Of a DNA stretch of 64,000 nt, positions 39,787 to 50,001 are shown in pieces. The stretch comes from an uncultured Solirubrobacterales bacterium (lineage in GTDB: Bacteria; Actinomycetota; Thermoleophilia; Solirubrobacterales; 70-9), in NCBI GenBank assembly GCA_963796815.1, contig CAWCNF010000006.1, positions 60,593 through 124,592 of the forward strand. The letters run 5' to 3'. A program made the position numbers and the translations under genes. Below the pieces are notes generated by a model. It had not been told where the DNA came from and did no database searches. It worked only from the letters and a program-made list of their open reading frames with translations. How positions within the stretch are numbered: position 1 is the stretch's first letter; each line of letters opens with the position of its first letter.

Positions 39787-41102
39787 CCCGGTTCGACCGC
39801 CGGCCCTCTGCGCGGGACGCTCCAGCCACCGCCCGACAAGTCGATCTCCCATCGCGCGGCGATCATCGCTGCGATGGGAGAGGGGGAGACGATGGTGCGA
39901 AACTACCTCGACTCCGCCGACACGAACTGCACGCTTCGGCGGTGCACGCGCTCGGCGCCGGCGTCGAGGAGCCGACCGCACGCAAACGGCGCGAGCAGCA
40001 CGCGTTCCGCGGCGTCGGCCTGCGCGGGGCGCACTCGGCGAAGGTCGACGTCGGCAATGCCGGGACGCTGCTGCGGCTGCTGCCGGGGTGGCTTGCGGGT
40101 CAGCCGCGGGCCGGTGGAGATCACGGGGGACGAGTCGATCCGGCGTCGGCCGGTCGACCGCATCGCCGAGCCGCTGACGCAGATGGGCGCCGCCGTCTCA
40201 TCCCGCGGCGGCCTGCCGCCGCTGGAATCGATGCCGCCCAGCCTGAGCGGCATCGAGTACCGAATGCCGGTCGCCAGCGCCCAGGTGAAGTCGTGCCTGC
40301 TGCTCGCGGGGCTGCAACGCGGAGGGCGAGACGAGCGTGATCGAGCAGCGGCCGACCCGTGATCACACCGAGCGAATGCTGCGCGCCGCGGGCGCCAGCG
40401 TGGACACGACCGACCATGGGACCTCGGTGACGATCCACGGCGAGCTTCCCGCGCAGCGCGTTGACGGTCGAGCCCGCCGAACGGCTCGAGCTCGGCGAGC
40501 TGACGGTTCCCGGCGACTTCTCCTCCGCGGCGTTCTTCATCGTCGGGGCGCTGCTCGTTCGTGGGAGCGAGGTCCGCCTCGAGCGGCGTCGGGATCAACC
40601 CGGGCCGGATCGGCCTACTCGGGATCCTGACCCGGATGGGGGCGGCGATCGACGTGGTCGAGACCGCGCCGGCCGGACGCGAGCCGATGGCGACGATCGT
40701 CGCGCGCTCCGGGCCGCTGCAGGCGCACCCGGATCGGCGCCGGCGAGGTCCCGCTCGCGATCGACGAGCTGCCGCTGGTCGCGCTCGCCGCCGCCTTTGC
40801 CGACGGCGAGACCGTCGTGTCCGGCGCCGAGGAGCTGCGCCACAAGGAGTCGGATCGGATCGACGACGGTCGTCGCCGGCCTCAGCGCGCTCGGCGCGAA
40901 GATCGAGGCGACCGAGGACGGCTTCGTCGTGAGCGGGACGGGCGAGCCTGCGTGGCGGCGTCGCTCGACGCCGCGGGCGACCATCGCCTGGCGATGCTCG
41001 GCGCGATCGCCGGGCGCGCGAGCGCCGAGGGCGTCGAGGTCGAGGGCTTCGAGGCGGCCGGGGTCAGCTACCCGGGCTTCGCGAGCGACCTGGCTCAGCT
41101 GA
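39783..41102 (+). CDS. aroA: 3-phosphoshikimate 1-carboxyvinyltransferase (EPSP synthase). About 8 frame changes, and the 3' end is approximate.
   Basis: The ATG overlaps the tyrA stop in an ATGA. Matching segments are PPDKSISHRAAIIAAMGEGETMVRNYLDSADT, VGNAGTLLRLLPGWLA, ITGDESIRRRPVDRIAEPLTQMG, MPVASAQVKSCLLLAGL, RDHTERML, VPGDFSSAAFFIV, DELPLVALAAAFADGETV..ELRHKESDRI and GDHRLAML. The as-sequenced frame stays open to 41326. Confidence 0.9.
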
Positions 41103-41445
41103 CGCCTGGCGAGAGGTCAGGGATGGTCGGGTGGCCGACGCCGGGCCAGGGGGAGAGGACCAAGAGCAGGCGCGCGTCCTCGGTCGCGGCGACCTCATGG
41201 CGCTCGTTCGGCTCGAAGGCCGCCAGGAGGCCGGTCCGCCGGCGACGGTCGTCGCCGCTTCCCGCGGTGCGATCTCGACGCTTCCCGACTATCACCATGA
41301 CCCAGGCGCGCTCGTGGACCCGATGATCGCCGAGCTTCTCGCCGGCCGGGAGCTGGATCGCGATGACGCGGCCCTCACCATCGGACGCGAGCACCTCGGG
41401 CTTGTGCGGCGCGACGTCGAGGTCGGTGATCTCCCATGACTCCAT
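41095..41445 (-). CDS. Small cupin-domain protein.
   Basis: It reads [54 protein letters not shown]...[29 protein letters not shown]. This fits the cupin pattern (G.H.H...E.. then P...H.v.A). It is convergent with aroA, and its start may lie further upstream (the ORF begins at 41517). Confidence 0.5.
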   Translation of the reverse strand: MESWEITDLDVAPHKPEVLASDGEGRVIAIQLPAGEKLGDHRVHERAWVMVIVGKRRDRTAGSGDDRRRRTGLLAAFEPNERHEVAATEDARLLLVLSPWPGVGHPTIPDLSPGVS

Positions 41446-41473
41446 CCTCCGCCAGCCTATCCTCACCGCCGCC

Positions 41474-42119
41474 ATGGTGATCGCCATCGACGGCCCCGCG
41501 GGCGCCGGAAAATCCACTGTCGCGCGCGGGGTCGCAGCCGCGCTCGGCGCGACCTACCTCGATTCCGGGGCGATGTACCGCGCCGTCGCGCTGGCCACGC
41601 TGCGCGCGCGGGGTCGACCCCGGCGACGCCCAGGCCGTCGAGGCGCTCGCCACAGGCGATCGACCTCGAGTTCGACGCGTGACCGCGTTCTGGCTCGACG
41701 GCGAGGACGTCAGCGCGCAGATCCGCAGCCCCGAGGTGACCCAGGCGGCATCGGTGGTCTCCGCGCATCCCGGCGTGCGCGAGGCGATGGTCGCCCGCCA
41801 GCGCGCGATGATCGCACGGGCTCCGACTACGTCGCCGAGGGCCGCGACATCGGCACCGTCGTCAGCCCGGATTCGCCGCTGAAGGTGTTCCTCGTCGCCA
41901 GCGACGCCGAGCGCGCCCGCCGCCGGGCGATGCAGACGGGTGAGGAGGAGGCGACCGTCTTCGCCGCCCAGTCAGAACGCGACCGTCGCGACCGCGAGCG
42001 TGCGCACGGCGCCCTGCGCGCGGCGCCCGACGCGGTCGAGCTCGACACGACGGGCCTCGATGTCGACGAGGTCGTCGCCCGCGATGGTCGGGCTCGCGCG
42101 CGAGCGGGGTCTCGGATGA
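41474..42119 (+). CDS. cmk: Cytidylate kinase. About 5 frame changes. The true stop is probably the TGA at 42117-42119, overlapping the der ATG.
   Basis: [39 protein letters not shown] carries the P-loop. It is followed by [68 protein letters not shown] and [17 protein letters not shown]. Removing one extra G near 42081 gives ..[18 protein letters not shown]. Confidence 0.85.
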
Positions 42120-43477
42120 GCGCCGACGCCAGCGCGGCGCCGCGACTCGCGCGGATCGCGGTCGTCGGGTTTCCGAACGTCGGCAAGTCGACCCTGGTGA
42201 ATCGCCTCGCCGGCGGTCGTGAGGCCGTCGTGCACAAGGAGGCCGGCGTGACCCGCGACCGCAAGTCCCTGGAGTGTGAATGGAACGGGATCCGCTTCGA
42301 GCTGATCGATACGGGTGGCGTTGACCTCGAGGCCTCCGACTCGCTCTCGCGCGAGGTTCAGGCGCAGGCGCGCGCGGCGATTGCCGACGCCGACGCCGTC
42401 GCGCTCGTGCTGGACGCGCGCGCGGGGCTGCGCCAGGGCGATGCCGAGGTTGCCGAGATTCTCCGCCGCGCCGACGTTCCCGTCGTCGTCGTCGCCAACA
42501 AGGTCGACGGCGCCAAGGAGGAGCCGCTGGCGGCCGAGCTGAACGCGCTCGGGCTCGGCGAGCCGGTTGCGGTCTCGGCCAGTCACGGGCGCGGCACCGG
42601 CGACCTGCTCGACCGGCTGGCGGCGCTTGCGAAGGAGGCCGCCCTCGAGCTTCCAGACGTCGGCTCAGAGCCCGTTGCCGTCGCGGTGATCGGCAGGCCC
42701 AACGTCGGCAAGTCGTCGCTCGTCAACGCCTTCCTGGGCTCCAACCGCGTGATCGTCTCGGAGATGGCGGGGACGACGCGCGACTCGATCGACACGCAGC
42801 TTGTGTTCGGCGACCGGCCGGTGAAGCTGGTCGACACCGCCGGGATCCGCCGCCGCGCGAAGGTCGCCGGCACCGTCGACTACTACGCGCAGCTTCGCTC
42901 CGAGACCGCGGCCGAGCGGGCCGACGTCGCGATCGTCGTCTGCGATGCCACCGAGGGTGTCACGGCCGAGGACCTCCGGGTCGCCGAGCTGGCGATGCGC
43001 ACCGGCTGCTCGACGCTGGTCGCGCTCAACAAATGGGACCAGCTCGACTCCGACGCCGGTGACTTCCTCGAGGACGCCAAGGCGCGGCTCGCGAAGCGCA
43101 TCCGCCAGCGCCCGCCCGTGATCGCGTGCTCGGCGCTCAGTGGGCGCGCGGTGCCAAAGCTGCTCGAGCGCGCGATCGCGCTCGCCGACCGGCGCGCCGA
43201 GCGGATCCCCACGCCCGAGCTCAACCGCTTCGTCAACGAGGTGGTGGCGACGCATCCGCCGCCCCAGCGTCGCGGCAAGCGCATGCGCCTCTACTACTCT
43301 GCCCAGGTGGGCGTGCGCCCGCCCCGGATCGCGATCCAGGTCAACGACCGCCGCCTGATCACCCAGGACTGGGCCTACCACCTGGAGAACCGCATCCGCG
43401 AGCACTACGAGCTGCAGGGCGTGCCGCTGGTGATCGATTTCATCCCGAAGAAGCGTCGCTCGCGTCGCGACGATTAG
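42116..43477 (+). CDS. der: Ribosome-biogenesis GTPase Der (EngA), with tandem GTPase domains and a KH-like domain.
   Basis: No frame changes. The first G domain reads [26 protein letters not shown]. The second reads [26 protein letters not shown]. The C-terminus is [22 protein letters not shown]. Confidence 0.95.
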   Translation: MSADASAAPRLARIAVVGFPNVGKSTLVNRLAGGREAVVHKEAGVTRDRKSLECEWNGIRFELIDTGGVDLEASDSLSREVQAQARAAIADADAVALVLDARAGLRQGDAEVAEILRRADVPVVVVANKVDGAKEEPLAAELNALGLGEPVAVSASHGRGTGDLLDRLAALAKEAALELPDVGSEPVAVAVIGRPNVGKSSLVNAFLGSNRVIVSEMAGTTRDSIDTQLVFGDRPVKLVDTAGIRRRAKVAGTVDYYAQLRSETAAERADVAIVVCDATEGVTAEDLRVAELAMRTGCSTLVALNKWDQLDSDAGDFLEDAKARLAKRIRQRPPVIACSALSGRAVPKLLERAIALADRRAERIPTPELNRFVNEVVATHPPPQRRGKRMRLYYSAQVGVRPPRIAIQVNDRRLITQDWAYHLENRIREHYELQGVPLVIDFIPKKRRSRRDD

Positions 43478-43516
43478 AGCGCGCTATAACGGCGCCGTGA
43501 TCGCGGAGCGAAGCGA

Positions 43517-43550
43517 AGCGGAGGTGCGCCGCTGTTGAGGCGCCTTATTC
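43517..43550. repeat. Copy B of the 34-nt repeat (AGCGGAGGTGCGCCGCTGTTGAGGCGCCTTATTC) in the der/43552-gene spacer.
   Basis: It matches 26906-26939 at 32 of 34 positions. It ends 1 nt before the GTG start at 43552. Relative to its downstream gene, it is in the opposite orientation to copy A. Confidence 0.8.
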
Positions 43551-43551
43551 G

Positions 43552-45249
43552 GTGAAGGAGCGCCTGAAAAGCATCCGCTACGGACTCGGTGACGTCGGCC
43601 ACGCGATCGTTGCCCCGTGGCGGAAGCTGTCCGTGCACGGGCGGCGACGCCTCGTCGCGCTTGTGGTGGTCGTCGTTGCGGTCGTCGTGATCGCGACCGT
43701 CGCCGTTCCGGCGCTGCCCTGCAGCTTCCCAGGAGGCGACGAGTGCGCGCCCTCAGACGATGCGATCGCGCTCGTCCCGAACGACGCTCTCGCCTACCTG
43801 CACGCCAACCTCGACACCGACACGCAGGAGTACTCCGACTTCGCTGACCTCGCGGCGAAGCTGCCCCTCTTCTCAGGCCAGATCTCGCAGCGGGCGCTGG
43901 CTGCGCTCGAGGGCGGCGACAGCAGCTCGATCGACTTCGACCACGACATCCGCCCGTGGTTCGGCGGCGAGGTCGCCCTCGTCGTCCTCGACGACTCCGG
44001 CAAGCCAGACCCCGTCGAGCTGATCGAGGTCTCCGACGCCGACGGCGCCGACAAGTTCGCTGCTCAGGTGAGCACCGGCACCACGACCACCAAGCAGGTG
44101 GGCGGCTTCCTCGCGGTCGGGTCGTCCTCCGGGGTCGGGGCCATCTCCGACACCGCCGACGGCGGCGACTCGCTCGCCGACGACTCCACTGCCACCGGCG
44201 TCATCGACGAGCTGCCCTCACATCACGTCATCGACGCCTGGATCTCGCCTGATGGAATCTCGAGCCTGATCGCGGGCTCGCGCTCGACGCTCAGCTCGCT
44301 GACGCCCCTGCTGGCGCCCGGGGCGAGCGAGGGAGCGGCCGTCTCCATCGGAACCAGCGACGGTGGCGACTCCTTCGAGCTGGCGGTGCGCAGCGCGCTC
44401 GATCCCAAGCGCGCCAAGAGCGCCCCCGGCTTCTTCGCGGCCTTCCCGGCGTTCGAGCCGAAGCTGCCCGACCAGCTGCCGGCGGGCTCGCTCGCCTACC
44501 TCGGCTTCGCGGCGCCCGGCGACACCGTGCGGGCGCTGCTCGAGCAGGCGGGCTCGGAGGCGCCGGGGATCGCCGATGCGTTCGACCAGCTCACCCACCA
44601 GCTGCACCACCAGTCGGGCCTTGACGTGACCGGTGATCTCGTCGACGCTCTCGGCGACGAGGCCGGGCTGACGCTGGGCGCGACCAGCTCCTCGGGATCG
44701 AGCTCCAGCGCGGGCCAGCCGTTCCCGTATCTGACATTCGTCTCGTCGGGGGTCGACGAGGACAAGCTCCGCGAGGCGCTCGCCGCGCTCCAGGCGCCCC
44801 TGGGCGATGTCTCGAGCGATCAGCAGATCGCCGGCGTCGACGCGCACACGGTGCAGATCTCAGAGACGGTCGCGATCACCTACGCGATCCTCGACGGGCT
44901 CGCCGTGGCGGCGACCTCGCCCGACGGCGTGGCCGCCGTCGCCGGCGAGGACGGGGGCGGGCTGGCCGACGATGATCGCTACAGGGGGGCGACCGATGGC
45001 TTTCCGGACGAGGTGTCGCTGCTCGGCTACGTCGACATCCACGACCTCGTCGGTCTCGCCGAGCAACTCGGTCTCGCCGAGGACCCGGTCTACGCGACCT
45101 TCGCCGGCGAGTTCCGCCGCCTCGACGCGCTCGCCTTCGAGGTCGGCACGACCGACAACGTCCTCTCGACCGATGCCCGTCTGAGCGTCGGCGACGCCCC
45201 GCCGGCCGACGCCGAGTCGAGCCTGGTTCCGGCACCCTCGGGCGACTGA
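43552..45249 (+). CDS. Membrane-anchored hypothetical protein, 565 aa, with an acidic Ser/Gly/Asp-rich extracytoplasmic domain. It may belong to the DUF3352 family, which I cannot verify here.
   Basis: The ORF is intact and has high GC3. It has one N-terminal TM segment (LVALVVVVVAVVVIATVAVPAL) and no catalytic motifs that I recognise. Confidence 0.7.
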   Translation: MKERLKSIRYGLGDVGHAIVAPWRKLSVHGRRRLVALVVVVVAVVVIATVAVPALPCSFPGGDECAPSDDAIALVPNDALAYLHANLDTDTQEYSDFADLAAKLPLFSGQISQRALAALEGGDSSSIDFDHDIRPWFGGEVALVVLDDSGKPDPVELIEVSDADGADKFAAQVSTGTTTTKQVGGFLAVGSSSGVGAISDTADGGDSLADDSTATGVIDELPSHHVIDAWISPDGISSLIAGSRSTLSSLTPLLAPGASEGAAVSIGTSDGGDSFELAVRSALDPKRAKSAPGFFAAFPAFEPKLPDQLPAGSLAYLGFAAPGDTVRALLEQAGSEAPGIADAFDQLTHQLHHQSGLDVTGDLVDALGDEAGLTLGATSSSGSSSSAGQPFPYLTFVSSGVDEDKLREALAALQAPLGDVSSDQQIAGVDAHTVQISETVAITYAILDGLAVAATSPDGVAAVAGEDGGGLADDDRYRGATDGFPDEVSLLGYVDIHDLVGLAEQLGLAEDPVYATFAGEFRRLDALAFEVGTTDNVLSTDARLSVGDAPPADAESSLVPAPSGD

Positions 45250-45267
45250 GCCTCTACCCTGCCCGGA

Positions 45268-46518
45268 ATGAATTCTGGGACTTTCGACAACCTCGCTGAG
45301 AACGAGTACCTGTTCACCTCCGAGTCGGTGACGGAGGGGCACCCCGACAAGATCGCCGACCAGATCTCCGACGGCGTCCTCGACGCCGTCCTGCGCGACG
45401 ACCCGACGGGTCGCGTCGCCTGCGAGACGCTGGTCAACACGGGGCTCGTCGTCGTCAGCGGTGAGATCTCCACCGAGACCTACGTCGATATCCAGGACAT
45501 CGCCCGCGGGACCATCGCGAAGATCGGCTACAACGACGCGACCCTCGGCTTCTCGGCCGATTCCTGCGCGGTGATCAACGCGATCGACAAGCAGTCGCCC
45601 GACATCGCCCAGGGCGTCGACCACGCGCTCGAGTCGCGCTCGGGGGGCAATGACGACGAGGCCGAGGTGGCCGGTGCCGGCGACCAGGGGATGATGTTCG
45701 GCTACGCCAGCACCGAGACCGACGAGCTCATGCCGCTCCCGATCTCGCTTGCGCACCGCCTCGCCGAGCGCCTCGCCGCCGTCCGCAAGGACGGCAGCCT
45801 CGCCTACCTTCGCCCCGACGGCAAGACCCAGGTCACCGTGCGCTACCGCGACTCCGTCCCGGTCGCGATCGAGAAGGTGCTCATCTCGACGCAGCACGCC
45901 GAGAGCGCGACGACCGAGGAGATCCGCCGCGACGTCTTCGAGCAGGTGATCAGCCCGATCCTGCCGGCCGACCTCTACGACCCGGGCGAGCTCAACACCG
46001 CCGAGAACTACTTCTGCAACCCGACCGGGCGCTTCGTCATCGGCGGCCCAGTTGGCGACGCCGGCCTCACCGGCCGCAAGATCATCGTCGACACCTACGG
46101 CGGCGCTGCCCGCCACGGTGGCGGGGCCTTCTCGGGCAAGGACCCGTCGAAGGTCGACCGCTCCGCCGCCTACGCCGCGCGCTGGGTCGCCAAGAACGTC
46201 GTGGCGGCAGGCCTGGCCGATCGCTGCGAGGTCCAGGTCGCCTACGCGATCGGCGTCTCGCACCCGGTCTCGGTGATGGTCGAGACCTTCGGGACGGAGG
46301 CGATCTCACGCGCCGAGATCGCGCGCTTGGTCGGCGAGAACTTCGATCTGCGCCCGGGCGCCTTCCGCAGGACGCTCGACCTGCACCGGCCGATCTACCA
46401 GCAGACCGCCGCCTACGGGCACTTCGGCCGCGAGCTCGACGACTTCACGTGGGAGCGCACGGACCGCGCGGACGCGCTTCGCGAGGCCGCCGGTCTCACC
46501 GCGGGCGCCGCGGCCTAG
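45268..46518 (+). CDS. metK: S-adenosylmethionine synthetase.
   Basis: An intact 416-aa ORF reading [79 protein letters not shown] and TAAYGHFGR. Confidence 0.98.
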   Translation: MNSGTFDNLAENEYLFTSESVTEGHPDKIADQISDGVLDAVLRDDPTGRVACETLVNTGLVVVSGEISTETYVDIQDIARGTIAKIGYNDATLGFSADSCAVINAIDKQSPDIAQGVDHALESRSGGNDDEAEVAGAGDQGMMFGYASTETDELMPLPISLAHRLAERLAAVRKDGSLAYLRPDGKTQVTVRYRDSVPVAIEKVLISTQHAESATTEEIRRDVFEQVISPILPADLYDPGELNTAENYFCNPTGRFVIGGPVGDAGLTGRKIIVDTYGGAARHGGGAFSGKDPSKVDRSAAYAARWVAKNVVAAGLADRCEVQVAYAIGVSHPVSVMVETFGTEAISRAEIARLVGENFDLRPGAFRRTLDLHRPIYQQTAAYGHFGRELDDFTWERTDRADALREAAGLTAGAAA

Positions 46519-46567
46519 CGCGCATCTGACCTCTCAGCGATCGCGCCAGGCGAAAAGCTAAGCGGGG

Positions 46568-47110
46568 CGGGGTGCTTCCGGGGCGGGCGCGGAGCCCGCC
46601 TCGTCCGCGTCGTCGCCGAGGCCCTGCGTGCCACCGCGGCGCGTCGCCTCGTCGACCATGTGGACGACGTCGGCCGGGGTCGGCGACGCCGGCGAAGACG
46701 AAGTTGTAGTCGTCGCCCGCCGCGGTGTCGAAATCGACGTTGCCGATCTGCAGGATCCGCTGGAACACCGACTGCGAGTAGTTCACGTTCTGGACCCGCT
46801 CGAGCCGGGTCTCCTGGATCGTCCGCGAGACGATGCCGCGCTTGATGTGCAGGCGGCGGTCGGTGATCGTGTAGCTGGTCGAGACGCGCCTGATGAAGCC
46901 GACGAGGATCGTCAGCGCGACGCCCACCAGGGCGATGGCCGTGACCAGGCCGCTGTTCGCACCGCCGTCACCGAGGCCGCTGATGAAGCCGGCCGCGAGC
47001 GCGATGACCGCGGTCGCGAGGATCCCCTTGAGATAGAAGTCGAGAATCGCGCGCCAGGAGGGGTGACCCTCGTAGAGAATCTGCTCTCCCGCGTGCAGCT
47101 TCGGCGCCAC
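46568..47110 (-). CDS. Membrane protein with a bacterial PH (bPH_2 / YdbS-YdbT-like, DUF304) domain. One extra nucleotide near 46680.
   Basis: From GTG 47110 it reads VAPKLHAGEQILYEGHPSWRAILDFYLKGILATAVIALAAGFI, then a second TM segment, and then YTITDRRLHIKRGIVSRTIQETRLERVQNVNYSQSVFQRILQIGNVDFDTA. After the shift it continues DPADVVHMVDEATRRG..-TAG (stop complement at 46568-46570). Confidence 0.6.
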
Positions 47111-47153
47111 GGGCGTGAGTGTATCCGCCGAGTCGGCACCTAGCCTGGCGCTC

Positions 47154-49346
47154 ATGAGAGGGCCGATTGCCAGGGTTGAGCCGCTGACCACGGCGCGTGC
47201 GCTGCGTGGCCCGTACGACTACCGCCTGACCGAACGCCTCGGCGACGTCGGCATCGGCACCCTCCTCGAGGTTCCGTTCGGCCACCAGCGGCTGCTCGGC
47301 GTGGTCGTCGACATCGCCGATCGCAGCGCGGTGCCCGCGGCGCGACTTGTCGAGCCCATCTCCGCGCTCGAGGCGGGGGTGCCCAGAGAGCTTGTCGAGC
47401 TCGGCCTGTGGGTCGCGCGCGAATACTGCTCCACGCCCGCCCGCGGCCTCGAGCTCGTGCTCCCGCCGGGCACGCAGACGGCCCGCGGCCAGACCGCCGC
47501 CCGCACCGAGACGGTCGCCCGGGCGACCGGCGCCGCGGCCGAGGCGCTTGAGGCTGCGGCGCTCGGGCCGGTGCAGCGCCGGGCCCTCGAGCTGCTTGTC
47601 GCCGACGGCGGCGACGTGGGCGCGACCGCGCTGGCCGACGCCGACGTCGGCCGCGACGCGCTCCTGCGCCTCGAGCGCCGCGGCCTGGTCGAGGTGGGTG
47701 CGCGCGAGGTACAGCGCCGGCCTCGGATCGCCACGGTTGGGGCCCTGGGCGGCCGCGTTGCGCTCAACGCCGCTCAGCGCGCCGCCGCCGAGCGGATCAT
47801 CGGAGCTCTTGATCAGGAGGGCAGGGAACTGCTGCTGCACGGAGTCACCGGATCGGGGAAGACCGAGGTCTATCTCGCCGCCGCCGAGGAGGCCCTGGCG
47901 CGCGGGCGCGGCGTGATCGTCCTGGTCCCCGAGATCGCGATGACGCCGCAGGCGCTCGCTCGCTTCACCGCCCGCTTCGGCGACGGCGTCGCGATCCTTC
48001 ACTCAAAGCTCAGCGCCGGCGAGCGCCGCGACGAGTGGCACCGTCTGCGCAGCGGGGAGGCGCGGATCTGCGTCGGGCCGCGCTCGGCGATCTTCGCCCC
48101 GATCGACGCGCTCGGCCTCGTGATCGTCGACGAGGAGCACGACGGCTCCTACAAGCAGGAGGGCGACCCGAAGTACGACGCGCGCGAGGTCGCGCGTCGT
48201 CGGGCGGCCGCCGCCGGGGCCACCCTGGTCCTGGGGTCCGCGACCCCGCGGCCGGAGAGTTGGAGCGCCCTGGAGCGCCTCGAGCTGCCCGAGCGCGTCG
48301 ACGGGCGCGCCCTCCCGCGGGTCGAGGTCGTCGACATGCGCGACGGCGAGCGGCGCGAGCGGCGCGCTCCACGCTCGAACACGCGGGCGGCGCTTGCCGA
48401 GCTCGGCGAAGATGCGGCGGCAAGGGCATCGTCCTGGTCAACCGCCGTGGCTGGGCGCCGCATCTGGCGTGCCGGTCGTGCGGCTGGGTCGCGCAGTGCC
48501 CGCAGTGCGACGTCTCGCTGGTCGTCCACCGCGCCGGCGAGCCGTGCCGCTGCCATCACTGCGGGCACGCCGAGCGGTTGCCGGCCGAGTGTCCGGAGTG
48601 CGGCTCCGTGACGCTGGCCCGGGCCGGGGCAGGCACCCAGCGCATCGAGGAGATGCTCGCCGAGGCGACCGGCGGCCTGCCGATCTTTCGCCTCGACGCC
48701 GACACCACATCGGCGCGGCGGGTCCCACGTCGAGATCCTTGCCGAGTTCGAGGCGGCCGCGTCGGGCGTCCTGGTCGGCACGCAGATGGTCGCCAAGGGC
48801 CACGACTTCCCCGACGTCGTCCTCGCGGTGGTCGTCGATGCCGATGCCACCCTTCGCTTCCCCGACTTCCGCGCCGAGGAGCGGACCTTTGCGCTGGTGG
48901 CCCAGCTCGCGGGTCGCAGCGGTCGCGGCGAGCGCGGCGGTCGCGTGATCGTCCAGACGCTCACGCCGGAAGCGGCCGCGATCCGCCACGCCGCCGGGCA
49001 CGATGCCGCCGGATTCATCGAGGGCGAGCTCGGCCGCCGCCGCGAGCTCGGTTATCCGCCGTTCGCTCACGTGATCCGGATCGAGCTCGGCGCCGTCGAC
49101 GGCAAGCGCCTCGAGGCCGCGGCCGCGGCGCTGCGGGAGGCGCTCGACCGCAGCCTCCCGGCGGACGCGCGCGCTCTCGGCCCGGCGCCGCGCTTTCGCC
49201 TGCGCGGTCGCGAACGCCGCCAGATCGTCGTCAAGGCCGCCGACCGCGCCGCCGCGGTGGCGGCGATTCGCGAGACGGTGCACGCCGAGGCTCGCGCCAA
49301 GCGCCTGCGCGAGATCCGGATTTCGGTCGACGTGGACGCTCAGTGA
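47154..49346 (+). CDS. priA: Primosomal protein N' (replication restart helicase PriA). Two frame changes near 48410 and 48725.
   Basis: LLLHGVTGSGKTEVYL is Walker A and VIVDEEHDGSYKQ is the DEEH box. After the first shift comes the Cys4+Cys4 zinc motif in CRSCGWVAQCPQCDVSLVVHRAGEPCRCHHCGHAERLPAECPECGS, then GTQRIEE, and after the second shift VGTQMVAKGHDFPDV. Confidence 0.9.
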
Positions 49347-49368
49347 TCGCCACGTAAAATCCAGCGCG

Positions 49369-49995
49369 ATGTCAGACATCACCGAGGAGCAGCTTGAGGA
49401 GACCGCCGAGGCGGAGGAGCCCGCCGGCGACGGACTGAGCGAGGCAGAACGCGAGCAGCGCGCGCAGGCGCTGGCCAACGTCGTGCAGTACGGCGATCCC
49501 GTGCTGCGCTCGGAGGCGTCCGCGGTCACCGACTTCGGGCCGGAGCTCGAGCGCGAGGCCGAGCGCATGGTGGCGATCATGCACGGCGCGATGGGCGTCG
49601 GGCTCGCGGCGACGCAGCTGGGCGTCCTGCGCCGGATGCTCGTCTTCCAGGCGGGGCCGGATGCCGTCGCGACCGCGCTCGTCAACCCGGTGATCGAGTG
49701 GCTCTCCGAGGATCTCGAGACCGCCGAGGAGGGCTGCCTGTCGCTCCCGGGCATCGGGCTTGACGTCGAGCGGCCGCTGCACGCCCGGGTCAGCGGGGTC
49801 GACACCGGGGGTGAGCCGATGGTGCTCGAGGCATCCGGGCTCGAGGCTCGAGTCCTGCAGCACGAGATCGACCACCTAAACGGCGTCCTCATCCTCGACC
49901 GCAGCCCCCGCGACCAGCGCAAGGGCGCGCTGCGCGCCCTGCGCGAGGGAACCACCTACAGCCCCGAGCACGACTCGAACTCAGAACGATTCTGA
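49369..49995 (+). CDS. def: Peptide deformylase, with an acidic N-terminal extension of about 35 aa.
   Basis: An intact 208-aa ORF with all three PDF motifs: GVGLAATQLG (motif 1), EGCLSLPG (motif 2) and QHEIDHLNG (motif 3). The N-terminus, MSDITEEQLEETAEAEEPAGDGLSEAEREQ, has coding-like GC3. Confidence 0.9.
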   Translation: MSDITEEQLEETAEAEEPAGDGLSEAEREQRAQALANVVQYGDPVLRSEASAVTDFGPELEREAERMVAIMHGAMGVGLAATQLGVLRRMLVFQAGPDAVATALVNPVIEWLSEDLETAEEGCLSLPGIGLDVERPLHARVSGVDTGGEPMVLEASGLEARVLQHEIDHLNGVLILDRSPRDQRKGALRALREGTTYSPEHDSNSERF

Positions 49996-50001
49996 AGACG
50001 A

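Noticed and set aside
41363-43477. The single 704-aa ORF that suggests a Cmk-Der fusion protein.
   Set aside because: Removing one extra G near 42081 gives a natural Cmk C-terminus (..[15 protein letters not shown]) ending at TGA 42117-42119, in an ATGA overlap with the der ATG at 42116. cmk also carries several other indels. The fusion is an artefact of the frameshifted assembly.
49369-49480. The acidic 35-aa N-terminal extension of peptide deformylase as a mis-called start, with the true start at the GTG in ..NVVQYGDP...
   Set aside because: The extension has the same high GC3 as genuine coding sequence, and it begins 22 nt after the priA stop, leaving no unexplained spacer. I therefore keep ATG 49369. 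The alternative start cannot be excluded without proteomics.
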